64,000 nucleotides of DNA from Alkalispirochaeta sp. (GTDB lineage: Bacteria; Spirochaetota; Spirochaetia; DSM-27196; Alkalispirochaetaceae): contig CBDESZ010000021.1 in the NCBI GenBank assembly GCA_965242725.1, positions 32,001 to 96,000 of the forward strand, read 5' to 3'. A program made the translations under genes and the position numbers. The notes below the pieces were generated by a model. That model worked only from the letters and a program-made list of their open reading frames with translations. It was not told the origin of the DNA and did not search any database. The stretch's first letter is position 1. Each line of letters begins with the position of its first letter. Below, one piece after another: positions 32,886-42,415 of this stretch.

Positions 32886-32904
32886 GTCGACAACGGTATT
32901 TGTA

Positions 32905-33582
32905 CTAGTCGGTACGGACACGATTACGGTATTTCTTGTCAAGACCTGCGGTGATACCCAGTTTCATTACCGCCCGACGGTCGTGTATGCCCAGTTTCGC
33001 ATATATTTTACTGATATGGTTCTTAACGGTCTGCTCGGTAATAAACATACGATCGGAAATCTGGATGTTATTCAATCCTTCGGCAAGATGCCCCAACACC
33101 TCCAACTCCCGGTCACTGAGGTTCTCGATTTTTGCCAAAGCCTGTTCATACTCTACGCCCGACTGGCGGTCCAGAAGGATCGAAAAGACCTGGGGAGACA
33201 CCTGCACCGTCCCTGCCTCCATTGCGCGTATGGAATTGATTAAATCTGTCGGGGGCACATCCTTGAGAAGATAACCCGCCGCGCCGTGTTCCAATGCCTC
33301 GTGCACATACTCGTCATCGTCAAAAGTCGTAAGCATCATCACCTTCACCTGGGGATACTCACGGCAGATGAGTTTCATCGTGTCGACGCCGTTCATACCG
33401 GGCATGCGGACGTCGAGAAGAACGATGTCGGGCGTATTTTCAGCAATGCATTGCATCGCCTCTTCACCGCTGTGAGCGAGTCCCGTAACCTCAATATCTT
33501 CGGCGATAGTCTCTATCACCGTCTTGAGGCTCTCAATAAAGAGAATTTGATCATCTACCAACAATACCGTTGTTTTGCCCAT
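32905..33582 (-). CDS. NarL/LuxR-family response regulator
   Basis: LVDD, LLDVRMPG, LSDRELEV...TVKNHISKIYAKL; alternative start 33588. Confidence 0.92.
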   Translation of the reverse strand: MGKTTVLLVDDQILFIESLKTVIETIAEDIEVTGLAHSGEEAMQCIAENTPDIVLLDVRMPGMNGVDTMKLICREYPQVKVMMLTTFDDDEYVHEALEHGAAGYLLKDVPPTDLINSIRAMEAGTVQVSPQVFSILLDRQSGVEYEQALAKIENLSDRELEVLGHLAEGLNNIQISDRMFITEQTVKNHISKIYAKLGIHDRRAVMKLGITAGLDKKYRNRVRTD

Positions 33583-34804
33583 GTGCATCCTGTATCCAGG
33601 GGATTTCGGCGTTGACCTTAAACCCGTTTGTCAGTTTTCCAAAAGACAGAGTCCCTCCGACGGACTCCAGACGTTCCCGCATGCCCGCGATACCAATGCC
33701 TTCCACAATCGCGTTACCACCGATTCCATTATCAAACATATTTATGCGTATCGACCGGTCGGAACACCAGAACTGAATCCTGATCTTCGTCGCCATTCCG
33801 TGTCGAAAGGCGTTGGTCAGACCTTCCTGTATAAAGCGGAAAATAACGGAATCGATCGCTTGATTCACGTAATTCGGCATGTTTCCGAATTCGACGTCGA
33901 TCTCTATTCCGGTTGCACTGCTGAATGCGGTGACGAGCTCGTGGACCATATTAATACCCCGGGACTGGACTACCGACTCGTTTCTGATATGCCGGAGGGC
34001 CGTCCTTGTCTCATCCAGCCCGCGCTGCGTCTGCACTTGGGCCATTTTCAGCGTTTCATTCCTTTTTTCCGGGTCGTTGATCAACATCGCCGCTTCCAGC
34101 ATGACGATCACATTGGTAAGGGCATACCCTACCGTATCATGAATTTCCCGGGATACACGCTTGCGTTCCTCCACCAGCACCTGAAGTTCCAGGTTGCGAA
34201 CGTAACTTTGAAATCCAATGTTGGCGTCGGATAATCGGGTAACCACCGAATCGAGATGTATGATCCTTGACGTCCTTAGATCGAGATTGGCCGCAGCGGA
34301 TGTGAGAACGTAGACTAAAACGGCAACGACGGCGACCAGGACTAATCCGGTGACCAGGGTCACCGGCTCCGCCGGCGGCACCATAATCTGGAAGACCGAA
34401 TGCTGCCCCTGAGATAGGCTGAAGAGCACGAAAAAGACAACAAGCGCGCCAAGGCGGGCAATGCCGCCCAGGTAACCGGCCGATTCGACAATCACCGAGG
34501 CAAACAACAATAACTCGAGTTGAATGTCCCGTCCCATAGGATAGCCCACGAGAAAGACGACGGTATAGCGAGAGAGCAATAGGACGCACACTACTACTGT
34601 TGACCGGACGGTCCACAACGCGACGGAAACGATGATAGCGATCGAAAACAAAATAAAAAACTGCCAGTTAAAGAGGACCCTGATTTGCCCGTACTCCGGC
34701 CGTATCAGGTAGAGTACGACGGCGACAAACTGCAGCAACAGGGAAACCGCGAGAAGGATACGGCGCAGGGAGACGTGGGGATGTTGGAATACCGTGTCCG
34801 TCAT
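33551..34804 (-). CDS. Membrane sensor histidine kinase (HisKA_3)
   Basis: Several TM segments; ERKRVSREIHD, QEGLTNAFRHG, DNGIG, GIAGMRER. Confidence 0.92.
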   Translation of the reverse strand: MTDTVFQHPHVSLRRILLAVSLLLQFVAVVLYLIRPEYGQIRVLFNWQFFILFSIAIIVSVALWTVRSTVVVCVLLLSRYTVVFLVGYPMGRDIQLELLLFASVIVESAGYLGGIARLGALVVFFVLFSLSQGQHSVFQIMVPPAEPVTLVTGLVLVAVVAVLVYVLTSAAANLDLRTSRIIHLDSVVTRLSDANIGFQSYVRNLELQVLVEERKRVSREIHDTVGYALTNVIVMLEAAMLINDPEKRNETLKMAQVQTQRGLDETRTALRHIRNESVVQSRGINMVHELVTAFSSATGIEIDVEFGNMPNYVNQAIDSVIFRFIQEGLTNAFRHGMATKIRIQFWCSDRSIRINMFDNGIGGNAIVEGIGIAGMRERLESVGGTLSFGKLTNGFKVNAEIPWIQDAHGQNNGIVGR

Positions 34805-34880
34805 GGTGAAAAGTATTGTACAATATGATTTCGCATTGAACCCATATTTTCGTCGCGGACACGGGAAGGAGCACAAGGAG

Positions 34881-35372
34881 ATGCCGACGGTACGCCCATT
34901 TGAAACGACTGATTTTCCGGCCGTTCAGGCAATATATCAGGAAGGAATCGATACGGGAAACGCCACCTTTCAGCAGACCGTCAAGGAGTGGGAGGAATGG
35001 GACGCCTCGACGCTCTCCGCCTGCCGGCTGGTTGCAGAGCTGGACGGGAAGGTCGTCGGATGGGCCGCGCTTTCCGCCGTTTCCTCGCGCTGTGTCTACT
35101 CCGGCGTCGCGGAGGTCAGCGTCTACGTCGCCCGTTCCGTTCACGGGCGCGGCGTCGGCAGCACGCTTCTGACGGAGCTTATTCAGGCGTCCGAGGGCGA
35201 GGGAATATGGACGCTTCAGGCGGGAATATTTCCGGAAAACGCGGCAAGCGTCGCCATCCATTTGAAGAACGGATTCCGGCACGTCGGGGTGCGGGAAAAA
35301 CTCGGCGAAATGAATGGAACTTGGCGAGACGTGCTGCTCCTGGAGCGGAGAAGCCGCGTCGTCGGTGTGTAG
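34881..35372 (+). CDS. GNAT acetyltransferase (phosphinothricin acetyltransferase/MnaT-like)
   Basis: IYQEGI..ATF, EVSVYV..GRGVG, NAASVAIH..GF, WRDV; AAGGAG RBS. Confidence 0.9.
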   Translation: MPTVRPFETTDFPAVQAIYQEGIDTGNATFQQTVKEWEEWDASTLSACRLVAELDGKVVGWAALSAVSSRCVYSGVAEVSVYVARSVHGRGVGSTLLTELIQASEGEGIWTLQAGIFPENAASVAIHLKNGFRHVGVREKLGEMNGTWRDVLLLERRSRVVGV

Positions 35373-35477
35373 AAACTGCACCGATAGGGGACCGACAGAC
35401 GGAGCATGATCGCGCTGACACCTGCCGATACCGACCTTTCTGCAGTGAAAATAGATCCGTGGTACAGTGAAAGGGCT

Positions 35478-37316
35478 ATGCGTATACGGTCAAAACTTCT
35501 GACGGCCTTCGGCGTCGTCCTAATAATTATTGTCATAGGCGGAGGATTGAGTCTCTTTCAGGTGCGGAGTCTTTATGAAGCCGGCCGGAATCTCGGGATA
35601 ATCGGGGCGCGAAATGTTGACGCCGCCATGGAAGCTAAAAACCTCCTCACTGAGGCCCACCTCTGGCTTGAGGAAGTGCTTTCCGGCGCGGAAGACCCGG
35701 GTCAAATGGCGGCGATCGAACGCCGTATTGAGGACGCCGGCTGGTATCTGTCGGCCATGCTCGAGGGTGGCACCAATGAAGAAAACACCTTTTTCGCCGT
35801 CCCGAAAGAGCAGATTGAGTTGCGTCGTGCCCTGACCGACGCGGGGCGTCAGGTGGAAGAACTTCACCAACTGGCGGTCCTTCGGTTCGAAACGGCCATT
35901 GAAACCGGTACCTTTGACCAGGATCTGGACGATCAATTCGACCGCGGCTACGAGACGTTGATAGCAACCGTGGACCGTGTCGAAGAGCTCGTGAAGGAAC
36001 AAATGGTGATAAGTGAGTCGACGATGACCCGTGTCGCGATGACGGGACAACTTGCCATAGTCTTCTCCACTTTGATCGGCCTCATTGCCGCGATCATTTT
36101 GTCTCTCTTCGTATCCGGACAGTTCTCCCGGCGCATCACCATGATCGCCCATCTCTCCGAAGAGGTTGCCGCCGGCAACCTCACGGAAACGCTGGATGTT
36201 ACCGATACCGACGAGATCGGCGACATGGCAGGCAGCCTGGACAGTATCGTCACGTCCCTCGGAACGACACTGAGAGAGGTCCAGCATACGGGGAGAACCC
36301 TCAATGAAACGACCGCTGATCTCGCGTCAAATATGGAAGAGACGGCTGCTTCGGTAAGCGAAATCACCGGCCACATTGAAGGGATCAAGCAGCGTATCAT
36401 CGATCAGGCGGCCAGCGTAGAGGAAAGTTCGGCATCGATAGAAGAAGTGGTGCGCAACATCGAGTCTCTGAACAACCAGATAACCAACCAGTCGTCGGTG
36501 GTCAACGAGTCTTCCGCAGCAATCGAGGAAATGGTCGGCAACATTCAATCCATCACCCGCAACATCGGCAAGATGGAAGAACGCTTTCAGGAGCTCCAAC
36601 GCGCGGCAACGACGGGACGGGAGATGCTGAACCGGACGGACTCCACGGTACGCGAAATATCGGAGCAGTCCGAGGCGTTACTGGACACAAACAAAGTCAT
36701 TTCCGGAATCGCCGCCCAAACCAACTTACTTGCCATGAATGCCGCCATTGAAGCGGCCCACGCGGGTGACGCAGGCCGCGGGTTTGCGGTGGTAGCCGGA
36801 GAAATCCGTTCTCTCGCTGAAGATACCGCACAGAAATCCCGTGACGTCGACACCTTTCTGAAAACGCTGAAACATCAAATTGAGACGATGGTCAACGCAT
36901 CCGCTCAATCACAACACTCTTTTAAAGAGGTTGAGAACAGCATTACCTCCGTTGCGGCTCTCAGTACGGAAGTACGTTACAGCATGGAAGAACAATCTAC
37001 CGGCAGCACACAGGTTCTCCAGGCGCTTACCCAGATCAACGGCATAACAGAAGAAGTCAAAAACGGCTCCGACGAGATGAAAACAGGCAGTAATACCGTC
37101 CTCAACGAGATGTTGCGCCTGGCGGAGAGTTCAACGGAGGTCACAGGCAGCATCACGGAAATCCTTCATGGAATAGAGGAAATCAACAGCGCCGTCCGCC
37201 ACGTGACCGGCATATCCGATCGGAACAAGGTGCTTGCCGCCGGCCTGGAAGAACGAGTCGCCTTTTTCCGGCTCAAAGAGTCGGAATCGGATCACGACCC
37301 GGAGGCGGAGGCATAA
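35478..37316 (+). CDS. Methyl-accepting chemotaxis protein
   Basis: Two TM segments, HAMP (DEIGDM), [27 protein letters not shown]. Confidence 0.95.
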   Translation: MRIRSKLLTAFGVVLIIIVIGGGLSLFQVRSLYEAGRNLGIIGARNVDAAMEAKNLLTEAHLWLEEVLSGAEDPGQMAAIERRIEDAGWYLSAMLEGGTNEENTFFAVPKEQIELRRALTDAGRQVEELHQLAVLRFETAIETGTFDQDLDDQFDRGYETLIATVDRVEELVKEQMVISESTMTRVAMTGQLAIVFSTLIGLIAAIILSLFVSGQFSRRITMIAHLSEEVAAGNLTETLDVTDTDEIGDMAGSLDSIVTSLGTTLREVQHTGRTLNETTADLASNMEETAASVSEITGHIEGIKQRIIDQAASVEESSASIEEVVRNIESLNNQITNQSSVVNESSAAIEEMVGNIQSITRNIGKMEERFQELQRAATTGREMLNRTDSTVREISEQSEALLDTNKVISGIAAQTNLLAMNAAIEAAHAGDAGRGFAVVAGEIRSLAEDTAQKSRDVDTFLKTLKHQIETMVNASAQSQHSFKEVENSITSVAALSTEVRYSMEEQSTGSTQVLQALTQINGITEEVKNGSDEMKTGSNTVLNEMLRLAESSTEVTGSITEILHGIEEINSAVRHVTGISDRNKVLAAGLEERVAFFRLKESESDHDPEAEA

Positions 37317-37345
37317 TACGTTATGTGTTTGATGACGAGCGACCG

Positions 37346-38857
37346 CTACATCGATTCAACCCGATAAAAAACCCTGATTGAGTTGCGGCCGCCCGTTGCA
37401 TCCAGCCAGGTGGTGTCAAAACTTCCCGATCGCGGGAGGCCGCGCAATCCTTCATGAGAAAGATCGATATCCACGGAGCCGAATCCAGGATACCCGTAGT
37501 CGTCATATCCGAGCTCGTCCTCGCACAGCTCGGCCTCGATTTTCAGCACCCGGGACGCATCGGCAAGGGGCACCGTGACGCGCCAGTTCAGGTTGAATGA
37601 ATCTCCCTCCTCCAGCGAAAGGTAGTCGTTTTCACTCCGCATGCGCCGTATCGAGCGCTTTTCACCGTCCAGGTAGAGGCGGAAATAACCGAAGTACTCG
37701 GCGTAGTCGTCGGCAGGGTTGAAGAGACCGTCCCCCTCGTCCTCGTCGACCACCTCAATCTTCTCGATCGTTACCGCTACTTCTCCGGCTGTACCACCGG
37801 CAGAACCATCGGGCGGACCATCAGACCGGCCCGCCGTCGTGCGGATTCGACGGAGAAGATCCTCCCTGAACGCCGCAAACATGACATCCGCATCCCGTAT
37901 GAAGTCCTGGGAAAGGTAGTCTCCGTACGCGGAGGTGAGGACGGAGGAATCGACGGTGGTGAACTTGTGCCAGTACACGGCGTCAAGGAAGTTGCGGTTG
38001 GAGTAGGCAGCGGCGGTGGAGTACGTCGAGTCCGTCGGCAGGTCGAACATGCCTTCGTCGATACGCACGTCGGAGACGGCGATACCAGGCGGAACAAATC
38101 CGGCGACGGGACCGGAAATGAGATCTCCCCACGCCCAGTAATTGACAAATTGCGCCGCCGCCGGTCGCATGGAGCCGTCACTCACAAATGAGAGTCGTTC
38201 AAACCAGTCGTCCACATAGTCGCTGATCACACGCTCTTCGGGATAGGTTGAACCGTGGCCAAAGCGTGTCCCCAGGGGTGTGCTCAGGGTGATATAGAGA
38301 TCCACCTCCAGCGGATCCGCCTCTGCCGCCTCGAGGGAAAGGGCAAGGTATGTCAACACGGTGCCCCAGCTGTGGGCAACAACGACAAGGGGCTTGCCAA
38401 CCCGGTCGGCGTAGGCCTTTCGTTCCCGGAGGTATGCCCTCAGACTGTTGTCCCCCGAATCCCGGAGTATGACGCCGGTGTCGCTCGTCGCGTCACCGCT
38501 CCAGCGGAACGATTCGGTCTCATAGGAAGCGTCCAGGAGCGACCTCAGGTTGGCGGTGAGGTAGGTATCCCGCTCCTCGATGTGAACCGGGTCCACCCCC
38601 GAGAGGGAAGCGAGCTCCCCCGACAGGGTATTTGCAAAGGACAGCCCCTCCACGGCGACGATCACCGCGCCGGACGCCGTTCCGGCGGCACGTGTGTCCG
38701 CCGTGTCAGGCGCGACGGGAAGCTCACACCCCCCGGCAAGTGCAACCACAATGGCGACCAGAACGGCCGCCCCGGTGGCGGTACCCGGAAAGGTACGTGT
38801 CGGAACGGAGCGTCCCGACGCAGCGCGTTCGGATGCCCGATACCGCGGCTCGGTCAT
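37346..38857 (-). CDS. Lipoprotein: alpha/beta-hydrolase (lipase-like) plus C-terminal acidic beta-domain
   Basis: Lipobox LAGGC; nucleophile elbow VVAHSWG, YITLSTP, NYWAWGD, candidate His in YWH; ATGA overlap with the MACPF gene stop. Confidence 0.78.
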   Translation of the reverse strand: MTEPRYRASERAASGRSVPTRTFPGTATGAAVLVAIVVALAGGCELPVAPDTADTRAAGTASGAVIVAVEGLSFANTLSGELASLSGVDPVHIEERDTYLTANLRSLLDASYETESFRWSGDATSDTGVILRDSGDNSLRAYLRERKAYADRVGKPLVVVAHSWGTVLTYLALSLEAAEADPLEVDLYITLSTPLGTRFGHGSTYPEERVISDYVDDWFERLSFVSDGSMRPAAAQFVNYWAWGDLISGPVAGFVPPGIAVSDVRIDEGMFDLPTDSTYSTAAAYSNRNFLDAVYWHKFTTVDSSVLTSAYGDYLSQDFIRDADVMFAAFREDLLRRIRTTAGRSDGPPDGSAGGTAGEVAVTIEKIEVVDEDEGDGLFNPADDYAEYFGYFRLYLDGEKRSIRRMRSENDYLSLEEGDSFNLNWRVTVPLADASRVLKIEAELCEDELGYDDYGYPGFGSVDIDLSHEGLRGLPRSGSFDTTWLDATGGRNSIRVFYRVESM

Positions 38858-40308
38858 CTGACCACCTTCACCCGGTAGGCTACGCGTGCCTGGGTACCGC
38901 CGTTGCGGAAATAGAGGAGAAAAAGCGTCGAGCCGTTCCAACCGTCACGGATGTAGATATCCTTGCCGTCAAAACCAAGGTCGTCGTCGCCGCCGGTGTC
39001 CTCCTCCTTCAAGAAACCCCATATCCGCACGTAGGAGGTGGACTCGTCAAAGTTATTGAATGTCCCGCGTATGGTGCGATGTATCGGTATCGTCTGTCCC
39101 GGAGAGACCGTACCATATGCGTCTGCATCATCGGCGGATATATCCCAGATGGCGTTGGGGCCGAACTCGAGTCCGCCCCCGGTGCGCCCTTCCGCACCGA
39201 GGGTACCGAAGAGTTCTTCCTCACCACCGGCATCATCTTCGCTCACCAGATAAATATCCACCAGAGTGATTTCCACGGTGACTTTGTTGTCATTGGGAAG
39301 GTCCTGACCGTCCGCAAGCGTGTTAAAGGCGTTCTGGAGCTCCGAAGCCCGCACCGGGTCGTCTGCAAACTCCCATAGGGGAATGAGCGCTCCCGCGACG
39401 GACTGGTTGGTCTGGGGAAAGCCGACAAAGTGACGGTTGGCATCGACACTTGCGATCCACGCGTCATATTGATCCTTGTTTGCGATATCCAGGGCCAGTT
39501 CACTGGCCCCGCCGTATACGTTGAGGCGCTGCTCCGAGTTGGCCTCAAAATGGGAGCGATCCTGGTCCGAAACGTATTCGCCGTCGGCGGAGAGCGTCCC
39601 GAAGAGGGCGTCAAAGGATGCCGAAACCATCACTGAAAGGGAGCGGCTCGTCGTTACCTGGGTCATGTCCGCCGCGCGGCTGTAATCTACCCTGCCGCCG
39701 GCGTACAACCCCCGAATGACGTGGGTGCCGTAAATGGTGAACAGATCCTCCGGGGAGAGGAACGAGTTGTTGATGTCTGTCGCCGCCCGGGGGGTGAGGT
39801 AGCGCTTCAGGTCCGACGACTGGGTAACCGCAATGGTCGCTTCAGACTTGTAGATCTGGCTTTGCACAGTGGCAAAGGAATATTCCGCCCTCTGGGTGGT
39901 GGTGGTACTGAAATTTGTCCGCACGGAGCCGCTGAACGCCTTGATACCACCGGAGACACCCACCGATGAGGCCATGCTGTCGGAGTACTCCGAAATGGAA
40001 TTCCCGGTAAACTTCACATACGCGGTGGATTCCACGTCCCGTACATCGATGTAGCCGGCGCTGTTCAACGCCCCATAATCGAGAACTGCGGCGCGTACTT
40101 CACGGGTATCCGCATAGTTGCCGAAGACGTTGTAGCCGCGCCCGAGATTCTGGTGGGGATCTATCGTTGCACTTCCTGCGCCGCCCGCTCCGGTGCCTCC
40201 GCCACCCTCAACGTCCTCCATAAACCCCGTAACCACCTCACAGGAGGTGAAAAAGGCCGCTACACACAGGGTTATCACAACCGCTCCATAGTTCGTTCTC
40301 ATGTTCAT
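38854..40308 (-). CDS. MACPF (membrane attack complex/perforin) domain lipoprotein
   Basis: Lipobox FTSC; LGRGYNVFG, YGTHV-x6-GG signature, VYGG, WIASV, LIPLWEF. Confidence 0.88.
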   Translation of the reverse strand: MNMRTNYGAVVITLCVAAFFTSCEVVTGFMEDVEGGGGTGAGGAGSATIDPHQNLGRGYNVFGNYADTREVRAAVLDYGALNSAGYIDVRDVESTAYVKFTGNSISEYSDSMASSVGVSGGIKAFSGSVRTNFSTTTTQRAEYSFATVQSQIYKSEATIAVTQSSDLKRYLTPRAATDINNSFLSPEDLFTIYGTHVIRGLYAGGRVDYSRAADMTQVTTSRSLSVMVSASFDALFGTLSADGEYVSDQDRSHFEANSEQRLNVYGGASELALDIANKDQYDAWIASVDANRHFVGFPQTNQSVAGALIPLWEFADDPVRASELQNAFNTLADGQDLPNDNKVTVEITLVDIYLVSEDDAGGEEELFGTLGAEGRTGGGLEFGPNAIWDISADDADAYGTVSPGQTIPIHRTIRGTFNNFDESTSYVRIWGFLKEEDTGGDDDLGFDGKDIYIRDGWNGSTLFLLYFRNGGTQARVAYRVKVVR

Positions 40309-40420
40309 CCTTTTCTCCCTATTTCGTCTTCGCACGCCCGCCGGTATGCGCCGCGGCCGGCGTGAATCCGACGCGGATTATGACTGTTATAGATACGCGC
40401 CAATGGCGGGCACGGAATGT

Positions 40421-42259
40421 TCATCGCAGCCCCGCAAGGTCGGGGTAGCCCGGAAGGTTCAGATCCGTCGCGGGTCGCAGATAGGTCACCCGGCCGTCAC
40501 GGACACGGAGGTCAAAAGGCCGGTACCAATAGGACTCGGGTGCATTCTGCCGCGTAAGGGAATCGGAGGCGTGTGTTTCAAACCAGTGGGGCATAAAATT
40601 GCGAAGCTCGCCATCCGCATGGGCACTGACAAAGACCCTGGAGTGGAGAAGGGAATTGGGAAAGTGTTCGGGCTCGTCCATATCGACGCTCGCCACGGCA
40701 AAGACGTAGTAGCCGTCGGGAGCGTCGTACAGCGTGAAAAGTTCCGGACCGTATCCACCGGCATTGGTGATATTCATATTGGCGTAGGGATTGACGACGT
40801 CGCCGGAACCGGCTCCGGATCCGCCGGCGTTGTGCAGCATTACGGCATCGATAAAGGAAAGGGAAAAGTCCGTTGCGGGAATGCCGTCGACCTCTTCTCC
40901 CGTGAGGTTGATCGTACCGGTGGCAAGCCCCTCCTCGGAAACGACGACGTCGATCGTCGCCGTGACGTCTGTGGGACTGGCAAAGCCGAATCCTCCGCTC
41001 GCAAAGAAGCCGGTCGCCATGGTCGGGACGCCGAGATCGAAGCTTCCCGAGTCCGTGCCGTTCCAACCGTTCCGGGAGCGGCCCATTGCACCCTCCAGAT
41101 CAAAGACGACATTTCCGGCGTCACTCACCGACAGTTCGTAACTCCCCGTTTCCCCGTCAAGTACGAAGGAAAGCACGGCCGGTGAAGCGTCGTAGAGAAA
41201 GGAGACTTCCGAGCCGTTTGTGTGTCCAATGACGCCGCCCCCGGAAACCAGACCCGTACCCACCGCGTCGGGCGCACCGGGAATATCGCTGTTCCGGGAT
41301 TCCGCCAGCCATCGCGCCTCGCTTGACCCGTCCGGTGAAGAAGTATCGAAATACCAGACAAAGAGGTCCATGTTACTTGCCGGCCAGTCCCAGGTCACAC
41401 TTGTATAGAGATCCGGTCCCGGTCCATCGGGAGGCGTAAATCGTACCGTACGCGACGTCGAGATCGTTGTGCCCATCGACGATACGGCGGTCAATTGAAT
41501 GTCATTGGTTCCCGGCAGGAGGTTCACGACCTTTTCAAACCCGGCAGTACCTCCACCGTATTCGTCCCAAACCACAAGAAGATACCGGTTGTTTACGCGA
41601 AGAGCGGCGACGGCTATGTCTACCTCACCGATATCTCCGCTCACCACGACAAATGGATCGGATACGCTCGTCGAATCCACTTCGAAGGAGTAAATCTCAG
41701 GCGGCCCGGAAAGGGACAGCTCCTCGTTCACCTCAAGGGGCACATAAAAATCCTGGTACTCGCTCCAGTCAAGTTCAGGGATACCGGTGTACATATTCGT
41801 TGTTTGACCGGGGACGGCGTCCACCAGGGCAACACCGGCGTACCCGACGGGGCCGTCAAAGATCGGCGGGTCGGAATAATGAAGTTCGCTGAAGAGAAAG
41901 ACCGGCACCGGTCCGTCCGCCGGGACATCCACCTCAAAGGGACCGTCAAGGTAGTAATGGTTGAAGAAATCAAACCCCGAGGCGGGAACGGAAAAGGACG
42001 ACGGCCCTGCATGGAGATCCACGTAGCCGGAAAGGTTTGCCGGCGAGTATAGATCATGGGTATTCCAGGGATAAAATCTGGCGGAGCCGGCAATGGAGGC
42101 GACGCCTCCGGCGGCATCACTCTCAAACTCCGTCCTGCCGGGTGACGATCCCGAACCGGATCCTCCGGCACCATCGGCTGCTTCCTCACCCAGGGGCAAC
42201 TGGCATCCCGTCAAAAGGATGACCACCGCCAACACCGCCCAACCACTCGCATTCCACAC
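40421..42259 (-). CDS. Acidic lipoprotein with Ig-like and YfaP/DUF2135-like motifs
   Basis: Lipobox LLTGC; VNLLPGTNDIQLTA, DLYTSVTWDWPASNMDLFVW, GYGPELFTL..PDGYYVFAV; GGAGG RBS. Confidence 0.7.
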   Translation of the reverse strand: MWNASGWAVLAVVILLTGCQLPLGEEAADGAGGSGSGSSPGRTEFESDAAGGVASIAGSARFYPWNTHDLYSPANLSGYVDLHAGPSSFSVPASGFDFFNHYYLDGPFEVDVPADGPVPVFLFSELHYSDPPIFDGPVGYAGVALVDAVPGQTTNMYTGIPELDWSEYQDFYVPLEVNEELSLSGPPEIYSFEVDSTSVSDPFVVVSGDIGEVDIAVAALRVNNRYLLVVWDEYGGGTAGFEKVVNLLPGTNDIQLTAVSSMGTTISTSRTVRFTPPDGPGPDLYTSVTWDWPASNMDLFVWYFDTSSPDGSSEARWLAESRNSDIPGAPDAVGTGLVSGGGVIGHTNGSEVSFLYDASPAVLSFVLDGETGSYELSVSDAGNVVFDLEGAMGRSRNGWNGTDSGSFDLGVPTMATGFFASGGFGFASPTDVTATIDVVVSEEGLATGTINLTGEEVDGIPATDFSLSFIDAVMLHNAGGSGAGSGDVVNPYANMNITNAGGYGPELFTLYDAPDGYYVFAVASVDMDEPEHFPNSLLHSRVFVSAHADGELRNFMPHWFETHASDSLTRQNAPESYWYRPFDLRVRDGRVTYLRPATDLNLPGYPDLAGLR

Positions 42260-42415
42260 CGCGCATACCTCCCGATTGTCTTTTCAGTACCTGCAACGGG
42301 TGAAACGTAGCCCCGGGAGGGAGGGTAAACCATATACCATCCGATATATTTTGACTAAATCACTCGTATTTTTTCACGAATTCCATGGCGCTGGGGTGTG
42401 TTACGTACGAAAATA

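Noticed and set aside
35478..37316. MCP as part of the MACPF system
   Set aside because: Convergent orientation and a generic spirochaetal chemoreceptor; no evidence of a link
42260..42415. Specific LuxR binding site upstream of the lipoprotein genes
   Set aside because: An AT-rich patch is present, but I could not define a convincing repeat or palindrome
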